From: Candidatus Aminicenantes bacterium | Lineage (GTDB): Bacteria > Acidobacteriota > Aminicenantia > Aminicenantales > JAFGBC01 | DNA: 64,000 nucleotides | Direction: 5' to 3' | NCBI GenBank assembly: GCA_963702005.1 | Contig: OY969696.1 | Coordinates: forward strand, 1,216,001-1,280,000 | Part shown: piece after piece, positions 9,455 to 18,677 of the stretch | How the letters are laid out: the number at the start of each line of letters is the position of its first letter | How positions within the stretch are numbered: the first letter of the stretch is position 1 | Made by a program: the position numbers and the translations under genes | The notes under the pieces: generated by a model | What the model was told of the DNA's origin: nothing | Databases searched by the model: none | Seen by the model: only the letters and a program-made list of their open reading frames with translations

Positions 9455-10495
9455 CTATGCTGGGCTCGGCCGCCCGCCGAGATGGCGCTCCGACCGCAAA
9501 TAAGAGACGGCTTCGAACGAGACAAAGACGGCTGCCGTCGCCGCGGCGGATAGAAAAGGCGGATCGTCGACGGCAATCCGGACAAGGAGGAGGAGGGGAA
9601 GCAGCCGAAGGACGGCCTGGGTCAGGACGAGATATTCCCAGGGCAACTCGCGGATCAAGGGCGAGGCTATAGGGGACCGGCGGCGGCGCCTGATAGTGAG
9701 GGCCGTCGCGGAGATGAACGCGCCGATAAGGCCCAGGCTTGCGGCTCGCCATCCGCGGCCGAGAGCCATCCACGTATAGATGAAGACGGCCGAGAGCGCA
9801 AGGGAAGCGAACCCGGCCGCGATCCTTAGGGTCCGCCTTGCCCGCGCGAGTCCCATCCTGATGGCGTAGGTTCGCGTCCCGCTCCGGAGGTCTTCATCGA
9901 AGCCGGAAACTTGATGAAAATGGAGGTTCGTCCATTTGTCGAGGAAAACGGCCGGGGCCGCGATGAGCAGGACTGCTCCGGTCGAACCTAGCCAAGCCCA
10001 GGGGACGAGGATATAGCCGAGAACGCAGGAAAGGCCATAGACGGCGAATCCCCATAATCCCCGTTCCTTGAACCGCAGCGGCCGGAGAGAATAGGCGAAG
10101 CCCGCCGCCGAAGCGGCCAGCACGGACCATGTCGCGCCCCTGGGCGCTTTTAACAGGACAGGCACCGCGAGTCCCAGGCCGGCCCAGAAGACGATGAGCA
10201 GGATCCCCGCCGCCCCCGGCAGCCGGTTGACCCATCGGATTCTCCCCACGGCGCTGTCGTAAGGCCGGTCCGCGATATCGTTGGCGAGGATGACTGCCAA
10301 AAGCCAGAAGGCGGCGGCGCCGGTGATTCCGAAGAACGAGACGATCGAACTTCGGGGCGACTCCGATGAATGCAGGGTCAGAATCAAGGCCAGGGGAAGC
10401 CAGAGGCCGTTGAGCTTGGTCAATCCCCGGTTGCCGAGGACGGCTTCGTCGATGATGTGCTTCCAGAGGGGGCCCGGCGCCGCCGCGTTCATCAT
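9455..10495 (-). CDS. UbiA-superfamily integral membrane prenyltransferase
   Basis: NDIADRPYD (NDxxDxxxD), YSLRPLRFKERG, DEDLRSGTRT; multiple TM helices. Confidence 0.8.
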   Translation of the reverse strand: MMNAAAPGPLWKHIIDEAVLGNRGLTKLNGLWLPLALILTLHSSESPRSSIVSFFGITGAAAFWLLAVILANDIADRPYDSAVGRIRWVNRLPGAAGILLIVFWAGLGLAVPVLLKAPRGATWSVLAASAAGFAYSLRPLRFKERGLWGFAVYGLSCVLGYILVPWAWLGSTGAVLLIAAPAVFLDKWTNLHFHQVSGFDEDLRSGTRTYAIRMGLARARRTLRIAAGFASLALSAVFIYTWMALGRGWRAASLGLIGAFISATALTIRRRRRSPIASPLIRELPWEYLVLTQAVLRLLPLLLLVRIAVDDPPFLSAAATAAVFVSFEAVSYLRSERHLGGRPSPA

Positions 10496-11601
10496 ATCCG
10501 CGGGTTGTCCGCGTCCCGGCGCGCCAAGGCCTTACGGACCGGACAAGATGTGTCCAGCCCGTCGATCTTGCCGCTCAAGGACAGAGCGGCCGCCCGGCAG
10601 CCGCCCCCGCAGGCGGCGAGGTTCGGGCAGTCGAGACAGATCCCGTGTTCGCAGGGATTCCTGAACAGGCGGCAGACGGCCGCGTCCCGGAAGACGGCCT
10701 CCAGGTCATCGGTCCGGACGTTCCCGAGGCGGGCCTCGGCGACGTCCATACAAACGCAGGGCGAGAGCGTTCCATCCGGGTTGATGGTCAGCCGATCGCG
10801 GCCCGCCCGGCAGCCGCGGTGCAGGAAGCGGACGACCGGCTCCCAGCGGCGGACTGCGGGATGGTAGGAAGCCCAGGGGATGTAGGTCTCGATGAGCCAA
10901 TGTTCGGGGAGATTGCTGAAGTGATTGAAGACGGGGTCGAGCCGCTCCAACAGGTCGTCGTCCTGGGGATAAGCCTCTCCCACCCTCCGCAAATGGACCG
11001 GGAGATGGACGGTCACGGTCGGCCATCCCTCGCTCGAAGCCAGGTCCAGGAGGTTCGGAAGGCCGGGGAGCGTCGCCGGCGTCAGGCGGACAGCGACGGT
11101 CGTATGGAAGCCGTGAGCCTGGATCTTGGCCAGATTGGCTCTGGCGGTCTTCGCCGCTTCGGCCGATGTCCTGTGGACTTTGGCATAGAGGATCGGGTCG
11201 GTCGTCTCCAGACTCACCTGAAAGGATTTGACGAGGGTTTCGTCCTTGAGCCGGGCCACGGCCGTGTCGTTAAGAAGGGTCCCGTTGGTGGCGATCCGGA
11301 CGGCGATGTTGTGGCGGGCCATCCGCGCCAGGATTTCGATCAAGTCGGGCCGCAGGAACGGCTCTCCCCCCGAGATGAGGACGTCCCGGACGCCGGACCG
11401 CCCGATCTTATCCGCCACGTCGAGGGCTTCCGCGGCCGAAAGCTCGTCGTCTCCGCGCCGTCCCGCGTCCGTAAAGCAGGTCGGGCAGCCGAAGTTGCAG
11501 GCATAGGTCACGTTCCAGAAGAGCGTTTTGAGAGGGGAGGGCTCCATCCAGGCGCGTTCGCCGGTGTGCCCCGGCCTGATTTTCAATTTAACGTCCAGCA
11601 T
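10492..11601 (-). CDS. Radical SAM protein with full SPASM domain (PqqE/AhbC/NirJ-like fold)
   Basis: CNFGCPTC, SGGEP, CRAG..INPDGTLSPC..CLDCPNLAACGGGCRAAA..C. Confidence 0.88.
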   Translation of the reverse strand: MLDVKLKIRPGHTGERAWMEPSPLKTLFWNVTYACNFGCPTCFTDAGRRGDDELSAAEALDVADKIGRSGVRDVLISGGEPFLRPDLIEILARMARHNIAVRIATNGTLLNDTAVARLKDETLVKSFQVSLETTDPILYAKVHRTSAEAAKTARANLAKIQAHGFHTTVAVRLTPATLPGLPNLLDLASSEGWPTVTVHLPVHLRRVGEAYPQDDDLLERLDPVFNHFSNLPEHWLIETYIPWASYHPAVRRWEPVVRFLHRGCRAGRDRLTINPDGTLSPCVCMDVAEARLGNVRTDDLEAVFRDAAVCRLFRNPCEHGICLDCPNLAACGGGCRAAALSLSGKIDGLDTSCPVRKALARRDADNPRI

Positions 11602-11620
11602 ATCCTTGTCTTTATCCTAT

Positions 11621-12529
11621 TCAACGAAAAGGGTCCGAACCTTCGCAAGGGACTCCGCACTGGCAGAGAGCGCAGCCGAGAGGGTATCGCCAGGCTTTGC
11701 GGCCGTTCACGGATTGAAGCGTGGGGAGGAGGCGGGCGCGGTCCGGGCCGGAGGATAACGATTTTTCCTGAACGGCCTTTCTCATCTCGTTGCATTTTAC
11801 CTTATTGAGGCCGGTTTCCGAAATAGCCCCGACCGGGCAGCGCTCGACGCACCGGCCGCAGAGCCCGGCATCCTCCAGACAAGGCGCCCGATGACAGGCC
11901 CGGAGCGAGGGAGTCGCCGCTTCGAGCGGCAAATTCGTGATCAGGCTTCCCAGGCGGACATGGATGCCGAGCCGGGTGATGAGGGCTCCGCTCAGCCCAA
12001 ACCGGCCCAAGCCGGCCGCGTAGGCCGCATGGCGCTCGGACCAAGTCGAGCCGTAGACATGATTCGGTACGCGGAAGGTGTCATAATCTTCGGCCAAGGC
12101 CGGCGAGACGGCCGCGAAGCCGAGGCGCTCAATCGCTTGGGCCAGTCGCCGCCCCAGTTCGACGGTCAAGACGCCGCCGCGGTTGCGGGCCAGGGAGTAA
12201 AGCGGGGACGGCCAGTCGCCCGCCCGGTTCGAGCGCCGGACTTCATCCGTGTAAGGGAAGGCCCAGGTCACGACGCGGACGTGCGAAAGGTCGCTTCCGC
12301 TCGGAGCCTGGCGTTCAAGAAACGCGCGCGGCCGAAGGTGCCGGGGGCTCACGGCCGCGAGGAACAATTCAAACAGGGGATCGTCGCCGTCGGCGACTCC
12401 CAGGCCGGGCGAATCGAAAATGGGCCGGTCCTCGGCGTCCGGAAGGCGGTTTTCGGGAGCTTCGAGGAGGAGGCGGCCGAAGGTCCGCTCCAGCCAGTCC
12501 GCGTGTCCGGTCGTGCCAGCGGCGTTCAT
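11621..12529 (-). CDS. QueG/reductive-dehalogenase-like 4Fe-4S dicluster protein
   Basis: WSERHAAYAAGLGRFG..VRLGSLIT; CGRCVERCP and CALCQCGVPC. Confidence 0.8.
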   Translation of the reverse strand: MNAAGTTGHADWLERTFGRLLLEAPENRLPDAEDRPIFDSPGLGVADGDDPLFELFLAAVSPRHLRPRAFLERQAPSGSDLSHVRVVTWAFPYTDEVRRSNRAGDWPSPLYSLARNRGGVLTVELGRRLAQAIERLGFAAVSPALAEDYDTFRVPNHVYGSTWSERHAAYAAGLGRFGLSGALITRLGIHVRLGSLITNLPLEAATPSLRACHRAPCLEDAGLCGRCVERCPVGAISETGLNKVKCNEMRKAVQEKSLSSGPDRARLLPTLQSVNGRKAWRYPLGCALCQCGVPCEGSDPFR

Positions 12530-12534
12530 CCGTT

Positions 12535-13635
12535 TTACGATTTGCTTAAGCCGTCCGCGATGCCGGAAACGGTACGGCGGAACTCTTCCCTGCGCTCGAC
12601 GTCGTTCATGGGGCAGGCTCCGCGAAGGACGAGGTTCGTCCCCTTCGCGAAACGGTTCCAGATGAGTTCGATCGGCCTATCGCGCAGGTTCCCGATGGCG
12701 AAGGGGACGAAGGGACAGGGCGTGACGTCTCCCTGGGCGCCGATCGAGACGATGATCTTCCTGAAGGCGTCGCAGTTTTGCCGGGCCGAGGCCGATTCCA
12801 GGTGAAAAAAGGCCAGGTCCTGTTTTCGTCTCAACGCTTCCATATCGGAGGCGTCGAGGATCTGTTCGTGAGCGGACGCCCAACGACCCAAGGCAACCGC
12901 CGGAAGAACCAGAAAGCCGCGGGCCCTATGGGCTTTGGCCAGGGCGATCGTTTGATCCAGTCCGGAGGCCATCAGGCGCTTGGAAACAAAGGCGTTGACG
13001 ATCGTATAGATTCCCGCCTCCCGGAGGATGTCCAGGGCTTCCAGGGCTTTACGGTGCGCGCCGGGCAGTCCGCGCATCCCGTCATGGACGGCCGGGTCGG
13101 CGTCGTCGAGCGATACGGCGCAGCGGTTGAGTCCCGCTCTTTTCAGGCCCAGGGCGGCCGGCCGATCGATGAACCAGCCGTTGGTGTTGAGCTGCGTCTG
13201 ATATCCTTTTCGGTGCGCGTAGCGGATGATCTCGGGAAGGTCCGTCCGGAGCAGGGGCTCGCCGCCCGTGAAGATGGCTTGGTAGACGCCCATCCGGCGA
13301 GCCTGGTCGAGGACCGACAGGACCTCTGCCGTTGACAGCTCGGGACGGCCTGGCCTCTCATTTCCATACCGGTGGCAGTGGGCGCAGCGGCAAACGCAGC
13401 GATCGGTCAGGGAGATGCTGATGAAGAAAGGGACGGCCCTGCCCAGGACGTATCTTCTGAAGAAGTGCTCGAAATACCTGCCGGCCGTCCGGAAGGACCA
13501 GTTCGAAGCGAGCGACCCGACGAGCCGGATAAGGATGTTAGCGGCGGCCGTAAGCTCAACGATTCGGTCCCTGACGCGGTTCGTCTCCGGATCATGCGGC
13601 CGGGAGGTCCGATCTCTGAGCGCGGCCGCTTTCAT
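12535..13635 (-). CDS. Radical SAM protein with Twitch-type C-terminus
   Basis: CVCRCAHC, TGGEP, LNTNG, C..GDVTPCPFVP..C. Confidence 0.87.
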   Translation of the reverse strand: MKAAALRDRTSRPHDPETNRVRDRIVELTAAANILIRLVGSLASNWSFRTAGRYFEHFFRRYVLGRAVPFFISISLTDRCVCRCAHCHRYGNERPGRPELSTAEVLSVLDQARRMGVYQAIFTGGEPLLRTDLPEIIRYAHRKGYQTQLNTNGWFIDRPAALGLKRAGLNRCAVSLDDADPAVHDGMRGLPGAHRKALEALDILREAGIYTIVNAFVSKRLMASGLDQTIALAKAHRARGFLVLPAVALGRWASAHEQILDASDMEALRRKQDLAFFHLESASARQNCDAFRKIIVSIGAQGDVTPCPFVPFAIGNLRDRPIELIWNRFAKGTNLVLRGACPMNDVERREEFRRTVSGIADGLSKS

Positions 13636-14666
13636 CGGTCCGGACTCCCCGCCGCGGCATCAATGAAGGCTTTAAGCGCCTCCCGGTTCGCCACGTTATT
13701 CATCGCGCAGTCCCCTTTAAAGCGGAGCTTCAAGCCCGCGGCGAACGGGCGCCAGAATTCCTTTAAGGGTCGGCTGCGGACGTTTCCGATGACGTAGGGG
13801 ACGAAGGGACAGGGCGTCAGATCACCGTAGGGCGAGACGTTCATGACCGAGCGCGCGGACACGCGGCACAGGGAGCGCCGGGTGGCAAGCTCGACATGGA
13901 CGTACCTCACGTCGGCGAGCTCGCGCACGCGGGCTTTTTCCTCCTCGGTCAGCAGCTCGTTGAAGGCGCAGATCCAGGCGCCCGAAGCCGTGGGGAAGAA
14001 AAAGTAGATGTAAAAAACCCCCAGCTCCCTCCCCAGCGAGATGAGCCTCCTGAGTCCCTCCGGGATATTCTCCCGAGAAGCATAAGTCATGAGCTGGACC
14101 AGGATGCCCCGGCGCTGGAGGTTGCGGATGCCCTCCAGGGCCGTGTCGAAGGCTCCGGGAAGGCCGCGCAACCGGTCGTGGATCTCGGCGTCGGGTGAGT
14201 CGATCGAGACGCCCGCTTGGGTGAGACCGGCCTTTTTCAACAGGGCCACGAGCTCGGGCGTGAAGAGAAGGCCGTTTGTGTTGATCCGGCTGATGAGCCC
14301 GCGGCGATGGGCATGGCCGACGAGCTCGACGATATCCTTTCTCATCAAGGGCTCGCCGCCGGCAAAGACGACATAGATGGCCCCCAGCCGGCGGGCCTGG
14401 TCGATGAGCGATTTGACCTCCTCCGCCGTCAGCTCGGCCCGGTCGTCGCGGACGGCCTGGCGCTGACAGCAGTGGACGCAGCGGCACTGGCAGCGGTGGG
14501 TCAGGGACAGGACGAGGTAGGTGGGGACGGTCCGGTCGAAGGCTTTGCGAACAAGGTGAAGGGCGAGGACGCCCCAGGCCTTCAAGGACCGGTTGTGTCC
14601 ATAAACTCGCAAGGCCCGGTAGAGTCCGTTGAGGGCTTCGCTGATCCTTCGAGATAGGGCGGTCAC
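13632..14666 (-). CDS. Radical SAM protein with Twitch-type C-terminus (paralogue of neighbour)
   Basis: CQCRCVHC, AGGEP, INTNG, C..GDLTPCPFVP..C. Confidence 0.87.
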   Translation of the reverse strand: MTALSRRISEALNGLYRALRVYGHNRSLKAWGVLALHLVRKAFDRTVPTYLVLSLTHRCQCRCVHCCQRQAVRDDRAELTAEEVKSLIDQARRLGAIYVVFAGGEPLMRKDIVELVGHAHRRGLISRINTNGLLFTPELVALLKKAGLTQAGVSIDSPDAEIHDRLRGLPGAFDTALEGIRNLQRRGILVQLMTYASRENIPEGLRRLISLGRELGVFYIYFFFPTASGAWICAFNELLTEEEKARVRELADVRYVHVELATRRSLCRVSARSVMNVSPYGDLTPCPFVPYVIGNVRSRPLKEFWRPFAAGLKLRFKGDCAMNNVANREALKAFIDAAAGSPDR

Positions 14667-14669
14667 GGC

Positions 14670-15239
14670 TCAGGTCGCGGGAAAGAGCTTGACGTATTCC
14701 TGGAAGGCCGCTAAAAACCAGGGGGTCCAGGCGCCGGGCGCTGAAGCCGCCTCCGCCGCGAGATCCTTCATCCCCAGAAACCGAACCTGGGAGATTTCCC
14801 GTTCGTTAGGCCGGACATCCTCGGTCTTAATGCCCCGGGCGGCGAAGACGTCGCAGACTTCATTTTCGGAGCCGGCATCCCCGAACGAAGCGTGATAACG
14901 GAAGGTGAAGAGAGGATCGACCTCGCGGCCGCGGACGCCGAGCTCCTCCAGAATCCTGTTGCGGGCCCGGCCGGGCCGATCTTGGCCGGGCCGGTAGTGG
15001 CTGGCCAGCGTCCCGTCCCAGTGCTCGGGCCAGAGCGTCTTGCGGCCGCTCCTTCGGGCCAGCACAAGCTCCTTTCGCTCGTTGAAGACCATGACCAGGA
15101 AGGCCGCGTGGAGGATGCCCGTCCCGCTGTGACAGGCCTCTTTATCCTCTTCGCCCAGGGAGCGCCCTTGGGCGTCGCAGATGAGAATTCGTTCGGGTTT
15201 CTCCATACGTTTAGGAACCTTGGCCGGATCCATTCCCAC
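14670..15239 (-). CDS. idi: Isopentenyl-diphosphate delta-isomerase type I (NUDIX fold)
   Basis: KEACH..LHAAFLVMVFN..LARRS..K.LWP..WD..ASH, SENEVCDVF, WTPWF; the usual active-site Cys (CCSH) is not evident. Confidence 0.75.
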   Translation of the reverse strand: MGMDPAKVPKRMEKPERILICDAQGRSLGEEDKEACHSGTGILHAAFLVMVFNERKELVLARRSGRKTLWPEHWDGTLASHYRPGQDRPGRARNRILEELGVRGREVDPLFTFRYHASFGDAGSENEVCDVFAARGIKTEDVRPNEREISQVRFLGMKDLAAEAASAPGAWTPWFLAAFQEYVKLFPAT

Positions 15240-15251
15240 TCCTCTACCGCG

Positions 15252-15280
15252 CTTATACCATAGGCCGGGACCGGAGTCAA
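15252..15280 (-). promoter_or_regulatory. sigma70-type promoter ahead of the idi operon
   Basis: TTGACT-17 nt-TATAAG, then GAGGAG RBS. Confidence 0.55.
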
Positions 15281-15290
15281 AAAATTCGGG

Positions 15291-16676
15291 TCAGCGGCGG
15301 CGCCCGAGACGGAGGATCCTGGCCAGCCCCCGGACGTTGTAACGCCAGACGGTGGGGCTCAAGGTGAACAGCCGGGTTGCGATGAATCTTGGCCTGAAAA
15401 ACAGCGAACGATAGGCATATCTCAGCAGCCAGGCCAGGTCCTTGGGATCGACCCGGGCGGCCCGCATCGGAAGTTCATATTCCAGGTAGTCGGAGGCATC
15501 GAAGCCTTCCCGGAGCCAGCCGTTCTCGGCGGCCATGCGGTGGAGATCCGTCCCGGCATAGGGGACGACGTAGTTGAAATAGGAGAAATCCGGCTTGAGT
15601 TCCCTGGCCAGACGGATGGAGCGGAGCACGGCCCGGACATCCTCCCCAGGGTTACCGAACAGAAAATTAGCCTGGGTTTTCACGCCCGCGGCCCGGGCGG
15701 CCCGGAACGCCTCTCGGATTTGGTCGATGGTCGTGCCTTTCCGCAACGTGTTGAGAACGGCCTGGTCTCCCGACTCGACGCCGAGCCCGACCAGGAGGCA
15801 TCCGGCCCGCTTCATTTTTTTTAGAAGCTCTTGGTCGACCCGGCCGATCCGCACGTTACAGACCCAGCGGACGGGCGCGCCTTCTCGGATGAGCAAATCG
15901 CAAAGGGCTTTGATCCGCTCGCGGTCGTGGCTGAACTCGCTGTCCTTGAAGTGGATCTCCCGGATTCCGAACTCGCGGACGAGATAGCGGATCTCGGCCA
16001 TCGTTCTTTCCGGGCTATGGGCCCTGAACTCCCTTCCCATGACGACATGGGCGTCGCAGAAAATGCAGCGGAAACGGCAGCCGCGACTGGTGATCATTCC
16101 CGTGAACCGGGGATGAGACGTCTGGGGAGCCGAGTAACGGCCGATCGGCAGGAGGTCATAGGCGGGGAAGGGGAGACGGTCGAGGGGGCGGATGAGAGGA
16201 CGGGGCGGGTTGACCGCGATTCGGCCGTCCTTCCGGAAAGCAATGCCCAGGACGGTATCCGGATCGCGGCGTCCCGCCAGGACTTCCATGAGCTCGACGA
16301 TCGTATCCTCGCCCTCGCCGTGGACGGCGAAATCGACATCCGGCTCGGCGGCAACCTGGGCCGGATAGACCGTTGGGTGGGAGCCGCCGACGACGACCCG
16401 GATGTCTTTATCCCATTTTTTGGCCAGGGCGGCCAGATGGAGCGCTGTCCGGCGCAGCTGGGAGACGACGCTGATGCCGATGACGTCGGGCGCAAACGAT
16501 TTGAGCCGGCTTAGGAGGGCGAGGTCCTGGTTCCTTTCCAGGTTGGCGTCCAGGATCCGGACCGAATGGCCGGATTCGCGCAGGACGGCGGCGATATAGG
16601 CGATTCCGAGAGGAGGGAGCTTGATGTCCTCGAACAGCGGGTCGTGCCGCTTGGGGTGGACGAGAAGGACTCTCAT
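15291..16676 (-). CDS. Cobalamin-binding radical SAM protein (class B methyltransferase-like)
   Basis: PPLGIAYIAAVL, VGGSHPT, GEGE, TSRGCRFRCIFC, GVESG; start MRVLLVHP. Confidence 0.9.
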   Translation of the reverse strand: MRVLLVHPKRHDPLFEDIKLPPLGIAYIAAVLRESGHSVRILDANLERNQDLALLSRLKSFAPDVIGISVVSQLRRTALHLAALAKKWDKDIRVVVGGSHPTVYPAQVAAEPDVDFAVHGEGEDTIVELMEVLAGRRDPDTVLGIAFRKDGRIAVNPPRPLIRPLDRLPFPAYDLLPIGRYSAPQTSHPRFTGMITSRGCRFRCIFCDAHVVMGREFRAHSPERTMAEIRYLVREFGIREIHFKDSEFSHDRERIKALCDLLIREGAPVRWVCNVRIGRVDQELLKKMKRAGCLLVGLGVESGDQAVLNTLRKGTTIDQIREAFRAARAAGVKTQANFLFGNPGEDVRAVLRSIRLARELKPDFSYFNYVVPYAGTDLHRMAAENGWLREGFDASDYLEYELPMRAARVDPKDLAWLLRYAYRSLFFRPRFIATRLFTLSPTVWRYNVRGLARILRLGRRR

Positions 16677-16881
16677 GCGATACGCGATTGTAGCATGAAG
16701 GCGCCCCGAAGATAAAGCCGCTCGGCACCAACGTCCGGGGCCAGACGGCGGATCGAATCCGGCTTTCCCCGAACCCGGGATAGAGAGCGGGGCTCCCGAT
16801 TGCCGGAGCGGCCGTTCTGTGGTAATCTCGCCTGCGGGCATCATGTCTACGATAGCCAAATCACTCCGAGGGCGGTGACGC

Positions 16882-18564
16882 ATGTTCAAGGGACATCCCA
16901 AGGGACTCATCGTGGCCTTCTTCGCCAACATGGGCGAGCGGTTCGGCTTCTACACGATGGTCAGCATCTTCGTCCTGTTCATGCAGGCGAAGTACGGCCT
17001 GAGCGCCGGAGCTTCGAGCATCGTCTACAGTCTATTCATGTCCGGCGTTTATATATTTCCTCTTCTGGGCGGGGCCCTGGCCGACCGGGTCCTCGGCTAC
17101 GGCCGAACGATCAAACTGGGTATGATCGTCATGTTCGTCGGCTATGTCCTCCTCGCCCTCCCGACGCGGATGGCGACCGGGTTCGGGCTCGTCGTCGCCG
17201 CCCTGGCGACCATCGCCCTGGGAACGGGCCTGTTCAAGGGAAACCTCCAGGCGCTGGTCGGGAACCTCTATGACGATCCCCGCTACAGCCCGCTCCGAGA
17301 CCGGGCTTTCAACCTTTTTTACATGGGGATCAACATCGGTGCCATGTTCGCGCCCACGGCCTCGGAGAAAGTCAGCAACTGGGTGTTATCGGCGTCCCAT
17401 TACGTCTACGACGCCAGGATCCCGGCCTTGGCCAACGATTTCTTGAAAGGGCGGCTGGCCGACGCGGCCGGATTCCTTTCGATCGCCAAGCTCCAGGATC
17501 CGTCGGTGACGCTCGATTCGCTCAAGACCTTCTCGGAGAGCTACATCAACGCCCTGGGCAAATCCTACCATTTCGGGTTCGGCGTCGCCTGCATCAGCCT
17601 GATCATCTCCATGCTCGTCTTCTGGGGATTCCGGAAGCACTACGCCCAGGCCGACCTGACCGAAAAACAGAAGAAACTTTCCGACGCCCACAAGGCCCAG
17701 GTTGTCGAGTTGACCCCTCAACAGACCAAGGAGCGCTTGGTCGCCCTCGGCCTTGTCTTCTTTATCGTCATCTTCTTTTGGATGTCGTTCCAGCAGAGCG
17801 CCGCGACCATGACCTTTTTCGCCAGAGACTACACAGTTCCCAGCGTCGGTAAAATCACCAACCTTTGGTTGGACCTGGTCGGGCTTCTCTCGATCGCCCT
17901 GGCCGTCGGCGGCCTCGTCTTTCTCGTCAGGAAAGGGAGCGGGCGGACGAGCCGTCTTCTGGGCGGCGCGGCTTTCCTTGGTTTCGGTCTGCTGGCCGTT
18001 CTCCGCTATCGGAGCTACCAAGACCTCAATCCTTTTACGCCCCAGCGCTTCCAGCACTTCAACCCCTTCTTCATCGTGGCCTTGACGCCGATCGTGATCA
18101 TCCTGTTTGGCTACCTCAACCGAAAAGGGAAGGAGCCGTCCGCCCCCCGCAAGATCGCCATCGGGATGCTGCTGACGGCGCTGTCCTTTGCCGTTCTCGT
18201 CGTGGGCTCGCTGAAACTCCCCAGCCCTAAATCCCTGGGCGGTCTGGTCGCCCCGGCGTCCTCGCAGGTCTCCGTTTACTGGCTGATTTCGACCTACTTC
18301 ATGCTGACGATCGCCGAGCTTTTCCTGAGCCCCATCGGCATTTCATTCGTTTCCAAAGTGGCCCCTCCGAAGTATAAAGGCCTTATGCAAGGCGGCTGGT
18401 TCGCCGCCACCGCCATCGGCATGAACCTGATCGGCGTCGTCGGCTATCTCTGGATGCGGGTTCCCCTCTGGTCCCTGTGGATGATTTGTGTCACCGCCTG
18501 TATCCTCTCGGCGGGCTTCATGTTCGCCGTCCTCAAGCGGCTGGAGCGCGCGGCCGGAGCCTAA
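16882..18564 (+). CDS. POT/PTR family proton-dependent oligopeptide transporter
   Basis: GHPKGL, ERFGFY, GTGLFKGN, FYMGINIG, AELFLSPIG. Confidence 0.92.
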   Translation: MFKGHPKGLIVAFFANMGERFGFYTMVSIFVLFMQAKYGLSAGASSIVYSLFMSGVYIFPLLGGALADRVLGYGRTIKLGMIVMFVGYVLLALPTRMATGFGLVVAALATIALGTGLFKGNLQALVGNLYDDPRYSPLRDRAFNLFYMGINIGAMFAPTASEKVSNWVLSASHYVYDARIPALANDFLKGRLADAAGFLSIAKLQDPSVTLDSLKTFSESYINALGKSYHFGFGVACISLIISMLVFWGFRKHYAQADLTEKQKKLSDAHKAQVVELTPQQTKERLVALGLVFFIVIFFWMSFQQSAATMTFFARDYTVPSVGKITNLWLDLVGLLSIALAVGGLVFLVRKGSGRTSRLLGGAAFLGFGLLAVLRYRSYQDLNPFTPQRFQHFNPFFIVALTPIVIILFGYLNRKGKEPSAPRKIAIGMLLTALSFAVLVVGSLKLPSPKSLGGLVAPASSQVSVYWLISTYFMLTIAELFLSPIGISFVSKVAPPKYKGLMQGGWFAATAIGMNLIGVVGYLWMRVPLWSLWMICVTACILSAGFMFAVLKRLERAAGA

Positions 18565-18677
18565 CCCGTTCGCCGACGCTGCCCCGCCCTGAAAGGCGGG
18601 GACGAGAAGCGAGGCTCAGGGTTAACCCCGAACAAGCCCCGGCATTCATGCCGTAGAGTCGAGGGGTTGACTCGTTC
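18562..18677 (+). repeat. Composite palindromic element, copy B (simplest form)
   Basis: TAACCCGTTCGCCGACG-CCCCGCCCTGAAAGGCGGGG-GGCTCAGGGTTAACCCCGAAC-AAGCCCCGGCATTCATGCCG-GTCGAGGGGTTGAC. Confidence 0.85.

Noticed and set aside
9455-16676. RiPP cluster, suggested by the SPASM enzymes
   Set aside because: No precursor peptide ORF, RRE/PqqD, peptidase or exporter within the operon; intergenic gaps are too short
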